DNA of 32,000 bases from Candidatus Methanoperedens sp. (GCA_027460535.1 JAPZAR010000036.1:30001-62000); one strand, 5' to 3'; numbered from the stretch's first letter, positions 23,730 to 31,929 are shown. Numbers and translations are program-made. Notes: generated by a model not told the origin, from the sequence alone.

Positions 23730-25100
23730 ATGAAATATTTAGTCAGGTTGCTAGCAGTGCTGGCAATATTATTGTTGGCAGGAAGCGCAGGCGCGGCGCC
23801 GTTTGCATATATCACGAACGATGACAGCAACAGTGTCTCTTTGATTGACACTGCAACAAATACTGTTACAGCTACCGTGCCTGTAGGAAGTTTTCCTTAT
23901 GGAGTCGCAGTAAACCCGGCGGGAACAAAGGTATATGTGACGAACCAAAACAGCAACAAAGTCTCTGTGATTGATACTGCCACAAACACTGTGTCAGCCA
24001 GCGTGATTGTAGGAAGCTCTCCTTATGGAGTTGCAGTCAACCCGGCGGGAACAAAGGTATACGTGGCGAACTTAAACAGCAACAACGTCTCTGTGATTAA
24101 TACTGCCACAAACACTGTGTCAGCCAGTGTGATTGTAGGAAGCTCTCCTTATGGAGTTGCAGTAAACCCAGCGGGAACAAAGGTATACGTGGCGAACTAT
24201 AACAACAAAAGCGTCTCTGTGATTGATACTGCAACAAACGCTGTTACAGCCACCGTGAATGTAGGAAGCTATCCTCTTGGAGTTGCAGTAAACCCGGCGG
24301 GAACAAAGGTATACGTGGCGAACTATAACAACAACAGCGTCTCTGTGATTGACACAGCCACAAACACTGTTACAGCAACCGTAACGGTAGGAACCGGTCC
24401 TTTTGGAGTTGCAGTCAACCCGGCGGGAACAAAGGTATATGTGACGAACCAAAACAGCAACAGCGTCTCTGTGATTGATACTGCCACTAACACTGTTACA
24501 GCTACTGTAACTGTAGGAAGCGGGACTTTAGGAGTTGCAGTAAACCCGGCGGGAACAAAGGTATACGTGGCGAACGTTGGCAGCAAGAACGTCTCTGTGA
24601 TTGACACTGCCACGAACACTGTTACAGCCACAGTGCCTGTCGGAACCAGTCCTGTTGCTTTCGGTCAGTTTATAGGTCCTGAGGCAGGCTCGACTGTGGG
24701 CTACAGCGCCACTGTCGTAAGCGGACAGAACACTTATGTCCAGGCATCCAACGGCAACTTTGGCACAATACTTGCAGGACAGAGTAAGATAATCAATAAC
24801 TCTGTTACCCTGAACAACACAGGCGATGCGACCGCAACCGTTGATGCAAGGTTGAGTGACAATGTTGGCGGTGTGTATGGACTTGTAAATGGCAGCAACA
24901 TAATCGGCGCCTCCAACTTTTCGCTTGCAAAAACAAATACGGGAAACTGGACATCATTAAATAATGCCGGGACGAATGCCAGGGTTGCAACTGCGCCGGG
25001 CTTCGGGGCATTGACAGTACTTGACGCAAGACTCTTCGTGCCCCAGGCGCAGCCGGGAGGAGCGTACAGCGGAACTGTGATTTTGACGTTTGGAAATTAG
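23730..25100 (+). CDS. Secreted 7-blade YVTN beta-propeller protein with C-terminal module (tandem paralog)
   Basis: It has the same length (456 aa), the same signal peptide and the same C-terminal module as 22217-23587. The 5-prime ~90 nt, the 3-prime ~420 nt and the 3-prime flank are almost identical, whereas the blade sequences differ. Confidence 0.85.
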   Translation: MKYLVRLLAVLAILLLAGSAGAAPFAYITNDDSNSVSLIDTATNTVTATVPVGSFPYGVAVNPAGTKVYVTNQNSNKVSVIDTATNTVSASVIVGSSPYGVAVNPAGTKVYVANLNSNNVSVINTATNTVSASVIVGSSPYGVAVNPAGTKVYVANYNNKSVSVIDTATNAVTATVNVGSYPLGVAVNPAGTKVYVANYNNNSVSVIDTATNTVTATVTVGTGPFGVAVNPAGTKVYVTNQNSNSVSVIDTATNTVTATVTVGSGTLGVAVNPAGTKVYVANVGSKNVSVIDTATNTVTATVPVGTSPVAFGQFIGPEAGSTVGYSATVVSGQNTYVQASNGNFGTILAGQSKIINNSVTLNNTGDATATVDARLSDNVGGVYGLVNGSNIIGASNFSLAKTNTGNWTSLNNAGTNARVATAPGFGALTVLDARLFVPQAQPGGAYSGTVILTFGN

Positions 25101-25124
25101 GTGTAACAGCACCTGATTTCCATA

Positions 25125-25130
25125 TTTTTT
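25125..25130 (+). terminator. Oligo-T run (T6) after gene 23730-25100; candidate archaeal terminator
   Basis: taggtgtaacagcacctgatttccatatttttt. Confidence 0.3.
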
Positions 25131-25152
25131 AACGCGCAGGAATGAACCGCAT

Positions 25153-25451
25153 ATGAACGCAGATAAAAACAGATGCATAAACGACCTCGCTGCTAAAGTC
25201 GAGGCGCGCTTCAACGACAGCACAGCAAGAGTGTTCGGATTAATCAGCGGCGCCAATGTGCTCAACGCCACAAACTTCGCTTTAGGAATTCCAGGCGTGC
25301 CTGTTGCTTAAGATAACAGCGGCGCCGATGTGCAGGTAGCGGTCGCGCCGCCGGGTGTGACTGCGATGGATGCGAGGCTGGGTGTGCCTGTGGATGCGGT
25401 TGCTGGGGATTATAGCGGGACTATGATATTGACGTTTTCGAATAATATATG
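25153..25451 (+). pseudogene. Decayed copy of the C-terminal module gene (distal two thirds only, in-frame TAA)
   Basis: Manual translation gives MNADKNRCINDLAAKVEARFNDSTARVFGLISGANVLNATNFALGIPGVPVA*DNSGADVQVAVAPPGVTAMDARLGVPVDAVAGDYSGTMILTFSNNI*. This aligns with ATVDARFNDS...YGLVSG..VLNASNFAL...ARLSVPQAQPAGDYSGTIILTFSN of gene 25462. Confidence 0.65.
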
Positions 25452-25461
25452 AGGTGGTAAA

Positions 25462-25971
25462 ATGAGAAACATGGGTAGAGCAAAAATATTGCTTGCAGTA
25501 ATAGTTACTGCAAGTTTTGCAAACACAGGTGCGGCTGAAACCAACTCAATCGGCTACAGCGCCACCGTTGCTACTGGTCAAAACACATACGTTCAATCCT
25601 CCAACGGCACCTTCGGCACAATATTGGTGGGACAGAGCAAGATAATCAATAACTCTGTGACACTGAACAACACTGGTGATGTGAACGCAACAGTAGATGC
25701 GAGATTCAATGATAGCAGAAATGGCACATACGGGCTTGTAAGCGGTCGCTTTGTGCTCAACGCTTCTAACTTTGCATTAGCAAGAACCAACGAAAACTTG
25801 GCTGTCGAAAACATGAATGTCTTGAGCGACTCGGGCTCTGATGTCAGAATTACGATTGCACAAGCCTTTGGTGCCATAACAAGATTGGCTGCACGACTTT
25901 CCGTGCCTCAAGCCCAACCAGCAGGTGATTACAGCGGCACTATTATATTAACATTCTCCAATTCAGAATAG
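25462..25971 (+). CDS. Secreted stand-alone copy of the C-terminal module (169 aa)
   Basis: A signal peptide (MRNMGRAKILLAVIVTASFANTGAA) is followed by IGYSATVATGQNTYVQSSNGTFGTILVGQSKIINNSVTLNNTGDVNATVDARFND...AGDYSGTIILTFSNSE. It is collinear with the C-terminal ~140 aa of both YVTN proteins. SD GAGGTGGT is present. Confidence 0.75.
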   Translation: MRNMGRAKILLAVIVTASFANTGAAETNSIGYSATVATGQNTYVQSSNGTFGTILVGQSKIINNSVTLNNTGDVNATVDARFNDSRNGTYGLVSGRFVLNASNFALARTNENLAVENMNVLSDSGSDVRITIAQAFGAITRLAARLSVPQAQPAGDYSGTIILTFSNSE

Positions 25972-25982
25972 GTGTCAAAATT

Positions 25983-26843
25983 ATGGAAAAAATGATAAAA
26001 ATTGTTTATGCATTGTTATTTTTCATCCTCATGATAAACAGCGCCAGCGCCCTCGGCATATCGAGCGCCAACTTCGGCGATGTGGAGCAGGGCAAGACCT
26101 ATAACCAGACTGTCACGCTGGAAAATTCCCAGTATGATTTCGATAACCATTTCGTGGTTACGATTGACGGAAACATAAAAGGCTGGACAAAAGTCACACC
26201 AGTCGAGTTTGATCTCGCAAAAGGGAATGTAATGCAGATAACCCTCGACCTTGAAGTGCCTCAGGATGCCGGTCTTGGCGAGCTCACAGGTACTGTAACT
26301 GCTGAAGGTAAAAAGACTGTGCCTACTTCTGGCGGTGGCGGAGGCGCAAATGTTGGATATGCGGTAGCTACGAAGGGAAATATCTATGCCAATGTGATAA
26401 AACCTGGAGCTGTTGCTTCGGTTGAAATAACAGGAGCTGAAGTTCCCGCAACCGTGTCGGCAGGCAGTGTCGCTAGGTTTGCAGTTACAGCAAAGAATAA
26501 CGGAAATGTAGCCACTTCTGCCAGCTTTAAACTGGAGGTCAAAAAGGATGGCAATGTTATGGCAAGCATTCCGAGCACTCCTGTTGATTTTGCTCTCGGT
26601 GAAGAAAAGACCGTTAAGCTTTTCTGGGACACTCAAGGGATAACAGATGGTAATTATGATGTGTATGTCGAAGCCGCAACAATTGCTAAAGGCTCGGAGA
26701 GGACAACATCGGCTGCGTATAAGCCCGTGCCTTTGATCATAGGTGAAGAAAAAGGAGGGAGCAACAGCACTCTGATTGCAGCCGCCGGAATAGTCGTTCT
26801 ATTTGTAGTTCTCTTAGTAGTGGTCTTAAAGCGACGAAAATGA
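25983..26843 (+). CDS. Secreted, C-terminally membrane-anchored protein with two Ig-like (NEW3/CARDB-like) domains
   Basis: It has a signal peptide. Domain 1 reads GKTYNQTVTLENS...GWTKVTPVEFDLAKGNVMQITLDLEVPQDAGLGELTGTVTAEG. A Gly linker, SGGGGGAN, follows. Domain 2 reads ARFAVTAKNNGNVATSASFKLEV...GNYDVYVEA. The C-terminus is a TM helix plus KRRK. Confidence 0.65.
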   Translation: MEKMIKIVYALLFFILMINSASALGISSANFGDVEQGKTYNQTVTLENSQYDFDNHFVVTIDGNIKGWTKVTPVEFDLAKGNVMQITLDLEVPQDAGLGELTGTVTAEGKKTVPTSGGGGGANVGYAVATKGNIYANVIKPGAVASVEITGAEVPATVSAGSVARFAVTAKNNGNVATSASFKLEVKKDGNVMASIPSTPVDFALGEEKTVKLFWDTQGITDGNYDVYVEAATIAKGSERTTSAAYKPVPLIIGEEKGGSNSTLIAAAGIVVLFVVLLVVVLKRRK

Positions 26844-27286
26844 GATTGTATTGGCTCATTCCTCTCATTTTTTTATTTTTCTTCTTAGCTATTATATGGA
26901 ATATTCCGGTTGGGAAATTCAGTGAGACACTGCCTGTTGTAATAACAATAAGCGAGCCAGGACAAATCGGAGTGTATACAACAAAGGAGCCCCAGAGGAT
27001 GTTCAACTTTGGAACCACATTCCCGGGAACCAAGGTTCAAAAAACAATGAATCTGACAAGGGGAAATGAGCCGCCAGCGAAGATTCATATCACCGTAAAC
27101 GGGACGATACAGAACTGGACCATCTTAAATAGGAACGACTTTGTCTTGGATGAGCCTACTCAGGTAGAAGTAACAATTGCAATTCCAGATAATGCGGAGA
27201 AAGGGACATATGGCGGAAATATATCAATAGATTATATTACTACCTACGGTATGCATGCAATTAAGTATTTTCATACTTTAAAATAA
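26840..27286 (+). CDS. Small N-terminally anchored protein with one Ig-like (NEW3-like) domain
   Basis: It has an ATGA overlap with the upstream gene. An N-terminal TM helix is present, then TKVQKTMNLTRGNEPPAKIHITVNGTIQNWTILNRNDFVLDEPTQVEVTIAIPDNAEKGTYGGNISIDYI. Confidence 0.6.
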   Translation: MRLYWLIPLIFLFFFLAIIWNIPVGKFSETLPVVITISEPGQIGVYTTKEPQRMFNFGTTFPGTKVQKTMNLTRGNEPPAKIHITVNGTIQNWTILNRNDFVLDEPTQVEVTIAIPDNAEKGTYGGNISIDYITTYGMHAIKYFHTLK

Positions 27287-27641
27287 TTATAATTTAGTGT
27301 AAATTTAAATCCTTTTCCGTTAATTCTTCGTTAATTCCAGAAGCTTCGGTTGAGGTCATAGTTGTATGCTTGAACTACGACTTTATTAACAAAACTCACT
27401 GAGTTTTATAGGCATTTCCACGCCTAATAATCACCTAAACTGGGACTATGAATAAGCTCCTTTCTTTATGCCTACTTTGTGGTTTTAACCATACCCAATT
27501 TTAGCGCCTTAATTATTATTTGATAAGAGATACCGCTATGGATGCACGAGAACGCCTATTGTCTTTAGTCTCCCGTTAGAAGCGGGAGGCATCACAGGGA
27601 TGCTCATGGATTTTAAAATTTATATTTTTAATTTATTTCTC

Positions 27642-28223
27642 TCATGGTTCAATCTTTGTCCCTAGTACATCAAGAAACTTAGCCAGCCATTCAGGATGTG
27701 CAGGCCATGCCGGTGCAGTTACCAAGTTACCATCTATGTGAGCCTGGTCCAAAGCTATGTCTACCCATTTGCCACCGGCACAATTTATTTCGGGTCCAAC
27801 AGCTTGATATGCTGCACAATTTCTTCCTTTTAGAATGTTGGCAGCGGCTAATACCTGTGGACCATGACAGATGGCAGCGATTGGTTTATTTCTTTTAGCA
27901 AAATCTTGTACAATTTGTATTACTTTTTTATTTAAACGAATGTATTCTGGTGCTCGTCCACCTGGAATTACCAGTGCATCATAATCTTCAGCATTGATAT
28001 CATCAAAAGTGGTGTTCAGAGTAAAGTTATGACCACGCTTTTCGCTATATGTTTGATCTCCTTCAAAGTCATGGATTGCAGTTCGTATCTGTTCACCAGC
28101 TTTCTTACCTGGACACGCAGCATGCACAGTATGTCCAACCATTTGTAGTGCCTGAAATGGAACCATCATTTCATAATCTTCTACGTAGTCACCTGTTATT
28201 ATCAAAATCTTCTTTGCAGTCAT
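27642..28223 (-). CDS. DJ-1/PfpI family protein (PfpI/YhbO-type, class I glutamine amidotransferase-like fold)
   Basis: 193 aa: KILIITGDYVEDYEMMVPFQAL...DALVIPGGRAPEYIR...KPIAAICHGPQVLAAA. The nucleophile-elbow Cys sits in the AICHGP motif. Confidence 0.85.
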   Translation of the reverse strand: MTAKKILIITGDYVEDYEMMVPFQALQMVGHTVHAACPGKKAGEQIRTAIHDFEGDQTYSEKRGHNFTLNTTFDDINAEDYDALVIPGGRAPEYIRLNKKVIQIVQDFAKRNKPIAAICHGPQVLAAANILKGRNCAAYQAVGPEINCAGGKWVDIALDQAHIDGNLVTAPAWPAHPEWLAKFLDVLGTKIEP

Positions 28224-28568
28224 ATGTTCACCTTTCCGTTTTTTGTATTTCTTCTTTTATTGCAGTTTTTGATTTGAGGGTTTACCTTTGCAAAAGGGTT
28301 ATTGTACCATTGCCTGCTTAATGTTAGTATCACCATTGATCTCACAACCTTTCCAAAGGCAAATACTCATATCAGGAGAAGATATTTTTTATTTGATATA
28401 ACCCTTCCGATTATATAATCAAATGATTTAATAGTAAATTATCTGAAAGCTAATGAGAATATATTTTATCTGCTTTTGTTGACGATATTCGACGCGTCCA
28501 ATTAAGATTCAAAGTCTATTGCTTTTACCTCTTTTCGCCTTTCCAAGCATGAAAAATCAATCGTTTAT

Positions 28569-28621
28569 AGTCACAGACCGCCGGAATGAATTCCGAGCGC
28601 ATCAGGTGAGGATGCTCGAGG
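28569..28621. repeat. Dispersed ~53-nt repeat, copy C
   Basis: agtcacagaccgccggaatgaattccgagcgcatcaggtgaggatgctcgagg. Only about 4 mismatches to copy B. The upstream agcatgaaaa similarity is also shared. Confidence 0.7.
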
Positions 28622-28882
28622 TCTTGACATTTTAAAATGCTTTACAAGAATCTTTCTTTTTGCACATACAACGCTCAAACAGAGCATAATAAAACCCGCT
28701 ATTGAGATGATCAAGGTTTAATCTGTAAACGGACCAGCTTTGGTGCCAAGAAAACCCATTCTGTTATTTCACTCCCCCGCGATACAGCCTACGGAATATT
28801 TTTGAGGATGCTGGAAAAAGATATACATTCACTGCAATAAAAATCCTGCGGCTCAAACTCTTTCTTCGATAAATCCAAACTG

Positions 28883-29530
28883 TCACTTGCACAGCTCTTT
28901 GATCTTCTCAAGAACAAGAATGGCGTCTTCCCTCTTTACATCCACTTCATTTCCCTTGAAAAAATCTAACACTCTTTCCTTTTCAGGATCTGCAATGATC
29001 CCCTTTTTTGCACATTCATTGATTATACTCCTGAAATTCCTGTCAGGATAGAATATTTTCCTGGTGATGTCCAGGATGCCGGCTGTCTCTTCTGCGGTCA
29101 ATATCCCCTTATCCTGTGCAAGCCTGAGCGTCAGCCGGAGATTTACAAGCGGCACTGACAGTGGCTGCATCGTTTCCGGGTCAAAAGTCAATGCAACTTC
29201 GTCGTCCGATTCGATAACACCGCTTCGGTACATTTCATATATCCTCCCTACGCCTATCATCCCGTAGGGCTCAAGTTCATATGCGCGAAGCGCCCCCATG
29301 CTTCCCCCGCCCACCACGATAATGCCCATTTTAAGGGCTTCGATTATCTCGCGGTGCGCTACTGCAGCGCTGTCGAAAAAAACCCCGTCGATTATCCCGA
29401 TAATTTCCGGCGCCGATCTTAAGAGCCTCCTGATATCTTCACGCCTTACGGGCGGGCGATAATCTGCATCCAGTATCTTTCCTGCATCGCGGTGGCTTAT
29501 GCTCGTGCCCGTGTATACCACGGCCTTCAT
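28883..29530 (-). CDS. tfuA: TfuA-like protein (partner of YcaO in peptide backbone thioamidation)
   Basis: 215 aa: IIGIIDGVFFDSAAVAHREIIEALKMGIIVVGGGSMGALRAYELEPYGMIGVGRIYEMYRSGVIESDDEVAL, which is typical of the TfuA domain. It has a 4-nt ATGA overlap with ycaO. Confidence 0.85.
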   Translation of the reverse strand: MKAVVYTGTSISHRDAGKILDADYRPPVRREDIRRLLRSAPEIIGIIDGVFFDSAAVAHREIIEALKMGIIVVGGGSMGALRAYELEPYGMIGVGRIYEMYRSGVIESDDEVALTFDPETMQPLSVPLVNLRLTLRLAQDKGILTAEETAGILDITRKIFYPDRNFRSIINECAKKGIIADPEKERVLDFFKGNEVDVKREDAILVLEKIKELCK

Positions 29531-30777
29531 TTAGCCACTCTCTTCTTTTTCTTCTTGATGCGCTCACCCTTTCTCTCGCGGTCAAGGGTATAGAGTTCAA
29601 ATGCGGGGATTATCGCCCTGATAACGGGGACGTCAACGCCTCTTGAAAGGTCAACGATTATTGTCCCGTCAGCGATCCCTTCCAGACGCTCCACCACTGT
29701 TCTGATGTTTGCAGAGGGCGTGTTGCCTGAACTGTCCTCCATCTCATCCATGCTTGTGGATGGAAGCTCTTCATACCAGTAGCTGTTCATTTTCTTCATG
29801 TGTTCATAACCAAAGGTGCGCACCACGCGCTCCCTGTCCGTATCCTCACGCGCCCCATGTATCTGGACCACGCGGCTCTGGGCTGCCTCGGTAAGAGCCC
29901 GAGTGACCGCTATCTCAGGCGACAGGTGCGCTCCAGCTCCCATCACGAGAAGCGCAGGGTCCTTCAGAACTGTATCATCAAGCGCTGTAACCACGGTTGG
30001 AATATCCACATCAGAATCGAGGAGCCAGATTTTGACCTTTATCCCCGTTTCTTCCATTCTCCTCTTGAGTTCATAATTCAGGCCGTCGCTTTCTGAAAGC
30101 ATGATCTCTTTCCCGGGATTGTGGGTGTACTCGGCAATGCTGAGGGCATCCCTTTCTATCACTTCGAGCAGGCCGTGGAGCACGGCTTCCTCGATGGTAT
30201 TCCCGGATGCAAGCCCGTTGGTGTTGCTCCGGAAAAGCTTACTTGCGCCCTGGGGATTGTACGGATGGAAAACTGCATTGGCAGGGACGAAAACTTCAAT
30301 GTCGTTCATGAAATCATACCCCATGACCCATTCGAGGCTTGTAAACTCAGAGACTGGCTGTGGCAGGAGGAGGGCATCTGGGTATAAAGTGGGATAGTTC
30401 TCACTGAGCGACTCATAAGTATCAACGGTCCTCTCCGCCTTGAGCGGAACGCCGCTCAGGTTGATGCTGACCTCGGGCTGCTCCGCAAGACAGCGCTCAA
30501 AGCTTTCCATGATCGCAGAGATCCTTGCATTGGTCTCGGTGGCGCCTTTTCCGGAATATATGGATATAGCACCCTCCGCTGCGCTCGGTCTTATGGCTGA
30601 GAAAACCGGAATGCCCACACGGTCAAGGTCAGTGATATTGGCTATTCTGGTCACGCCGATCCTGGGGAGGAGCTTTGTTGTATTGGCAAGCGTGGTCTCT
30701 GGGTCGAGCACGCGCTGGGTACCTTCGATGTATTTGATATTGGGGTCGAGGTTTATCTTGCTCATTGATTCCTGCAA
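29527..30777 (-). CDS. ycaO: YcaO-family ATP-dependent cyclodehydratase/thioamidation enzyme
   Basis: 416 aa: [44 protein letters not shown]...[27 protein letters not shown], which are YcaO signature regions. It lies immediately upstream of, and is translationally coupled to, tfuA. Confidence 0.85.
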   Translation of the reverse strand: MQESMSKINLDPNIKYIEGTQRVLDPETTLANTTKLLPRIGVTRIANITDLDRVGIPVFSAIRPSAAEGAISIYSGKGATETNARISAIMESFERCLAEQPEVSINLSGVPLKAERTVDTYESLSENYPTLYPDALLLPQPVSEFTSLEWVMGYDFMNDIEVFVPANAVFHPYNPQGASKLFRSNTNGLASGNTIEEAVLHGLLEVIERDALSIAEYTHNPGKEIMLSESDGLNYELKRRMEETGIKVKIWLLDSDVDIPTVVTALDDTVLKDPALLVMGAGAHLSPEIAVTRALTEAAQSRVVQIHGAREDTDRERVVRTFGYEHMKKMNSYWYEELPSTSMDEMEDSSGNTPSANIRTVVERLEGIADGTIIVDLSRGVDVPVIRAIIPAFELYTLDRERKGERIKKKKKRVAK

Positions 30778-30869
30778 ACTTATTGGATAAAGGTTATATA
30801 TCTTGTGATAAGGGAATATACAAAATATTAAAAAGTACGAAAAGTACGATCGAAATATAGAGGGATTTT

Positions 30870-31847
30870 ATGACACTTGATTCAAGAATTTCTGAGCTTG
30901 CAAAAGCTGCAAAACCCACCGTGGCGATCATCGGTCTGGGCGGCGCAGGCTGCAATATCGTTTCGTGGATAGCGCAAAAAGAAATGGTTGGAAGCAGGAT
31001 TATTGCGGCTGATACTGATGCGACGCATTTGATGGGCGCAAAGGCGGATGCGAAGGTCCTCCTCGGTGAGCAAACCTACCAGGGAAAGGGATGCGGTGGC
31101 TTCGCCGAGCGCGGCACTGAAGCAGCCAGGGAAAGCCTCAAGGAAATTAAGGAGGAGCTAAAGGATTCAAACCTTATATTCATCATAGCAGGCCTGGGAG
31201 GCGGCTCAGGAACAGGCGCTGCGCCTGTAGTGGCGGAAGCAACACGCGAAGCAGGGATACTTACCATAGGGTGCGTGATGTTGCCTTTCAGTTATGAGCT
31301 TACACGGCGCAAGAAAGCGATCGCGGGAATAAAGGCACTTGCGGCGAGATGCGACTCACTTGTGGTCATAGACAATTCCAAGCTCCGGGCCATCGCAGGC
31401 AGTCTGCCGCTCCGTGAAGGTTTCGCAGTAGCGAACGAATTCGTAGGCGCCTTTATCAGGAACATAACAGAAACCATAACGCAGCCCAGCCTTGTGAACC
31501 TCGATTATTCCGACCTTCGAAGTGTTGTCGAGCGCGGTGGGATATCGGCGATCGGTATCGGAGATGCTGAGGGTGAGAACCGCATAGAGAAAGCAATGGA
31601 ACAGGCACTTTCGACGCCCCTGCTTGATGTTGCGGATATTTCGGGTACTTATGGGGTTCTTGTCCATATAGCGGGCGGCGAGGATATGACCCTTGGCGAA
31701 GTCACCCAGGCGGGCGAGATCATCCTCCAGAAAGCGCCGAATACCGGGCGCATCGTATGGGGTGCGAAAGTGGATGAGTCGCTTGCAGGACGTGTGAAGG
31801 TGACTGCGGTGCTGACTGGCGTCACGGATCCGAACAAATTGAAGTAA
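30870..31847 (+). CDS. ftsZ: FtsZ-family tubulin-like GTPase (short, 325 aa, without the long C-terminal tail)
   Basis: Motifs seen are VAIIGLGGAGCNIV, TDATHL, IFIIAGLGGGSGTGAAPVVAE (a variant tubulin signature), LTIGCVMLPFSYE, VVIDNSKL, LVNLDYSDLRSVV, LSTPLLD and VTAVLTGV. The paralog assignment (FtsZ1/2 versus FtsZ-like) was not determined. Confidence 0.75.
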   Translation: MTLDSRISELAKAAKPTVAIIGLGGAGCNIVSWIAQKEMVGSRIIAADTDATHLMGAKADAKVLLGEQTYQGKGCGGFAERGTEAARESLKEIKEELKDSNLIFIIAGLGGGSGTGAAPVVAEATREAGILTIGCVMLPFSYELTRRKKAIAGIKALAARCDSLVVIDNSKLRAIAGSLPLREGFAVANEFVGAFIRNITETITQPSLVNLDYSDLRSVVERGGISAIGIGDAEGENRIEKAMEQALSTPLLDVADISGTYGVLVHIAGGEDMTLGEVTQAGEIILQKAPNTGRIVWGAKVDESLAGRVKVTAVLTGVTDPNKLK

Positions 31848-31906
31848 TTTGCATATACAAGACCGCAGATGAACGCCGAAACCCTGCGGGTTCTCGACTC
31901 CCCACA

Positions 31907-31929
31907 CACGCATGGCTGCGCCATGCGTG
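31907..31929 (+). other. Perfect 10-bp stem, 3-nt loop hairpin downstream of the FtsZ-family gene
   Basis: CACGCATGGC tgc GCCATGCGTG. It is preceded by a second hairpin, CCGCAG...CTGCGG, at about 31863-31889. Confidence 0.3.

Noticed and set aside
4435-25100. Regularly spaced repeats (102-nt TPR, 126-nt YVTN, 120-nt degenerate YVTN) considered as a possible CRISPR array
   Set aside because: The units are contiguous, with no unique spacers. They lie in long open reading frames and translate into well-known protein repeats. No cas genes or leader are present.
22183-25271. Antisense or off-frame ORFs within the YVTN genes, such as 22256-22444, 23498-23851, 24120-24452, 24323-24631 and 24957-25271
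   Set aside because: They are repeat-driven mirror ORFs. The plus-strand reading gives canonical YVTN blades with a signal peptide and an SD.
27290-28880. Searched intergenic regions 27290-27640 and 28224-28882, and all other gaps, for tRNA, rRNA or other structured RNA genes
   Set aside because: No cloverleaf-compatible sequence or T-loop (GTTCGAATC-like) motif was seen. No RNase P or SRP conserved motifs were seen. Only short isolated hairpins occur, such as CTCCCGttagaagCGGGAG near 27569-27587.
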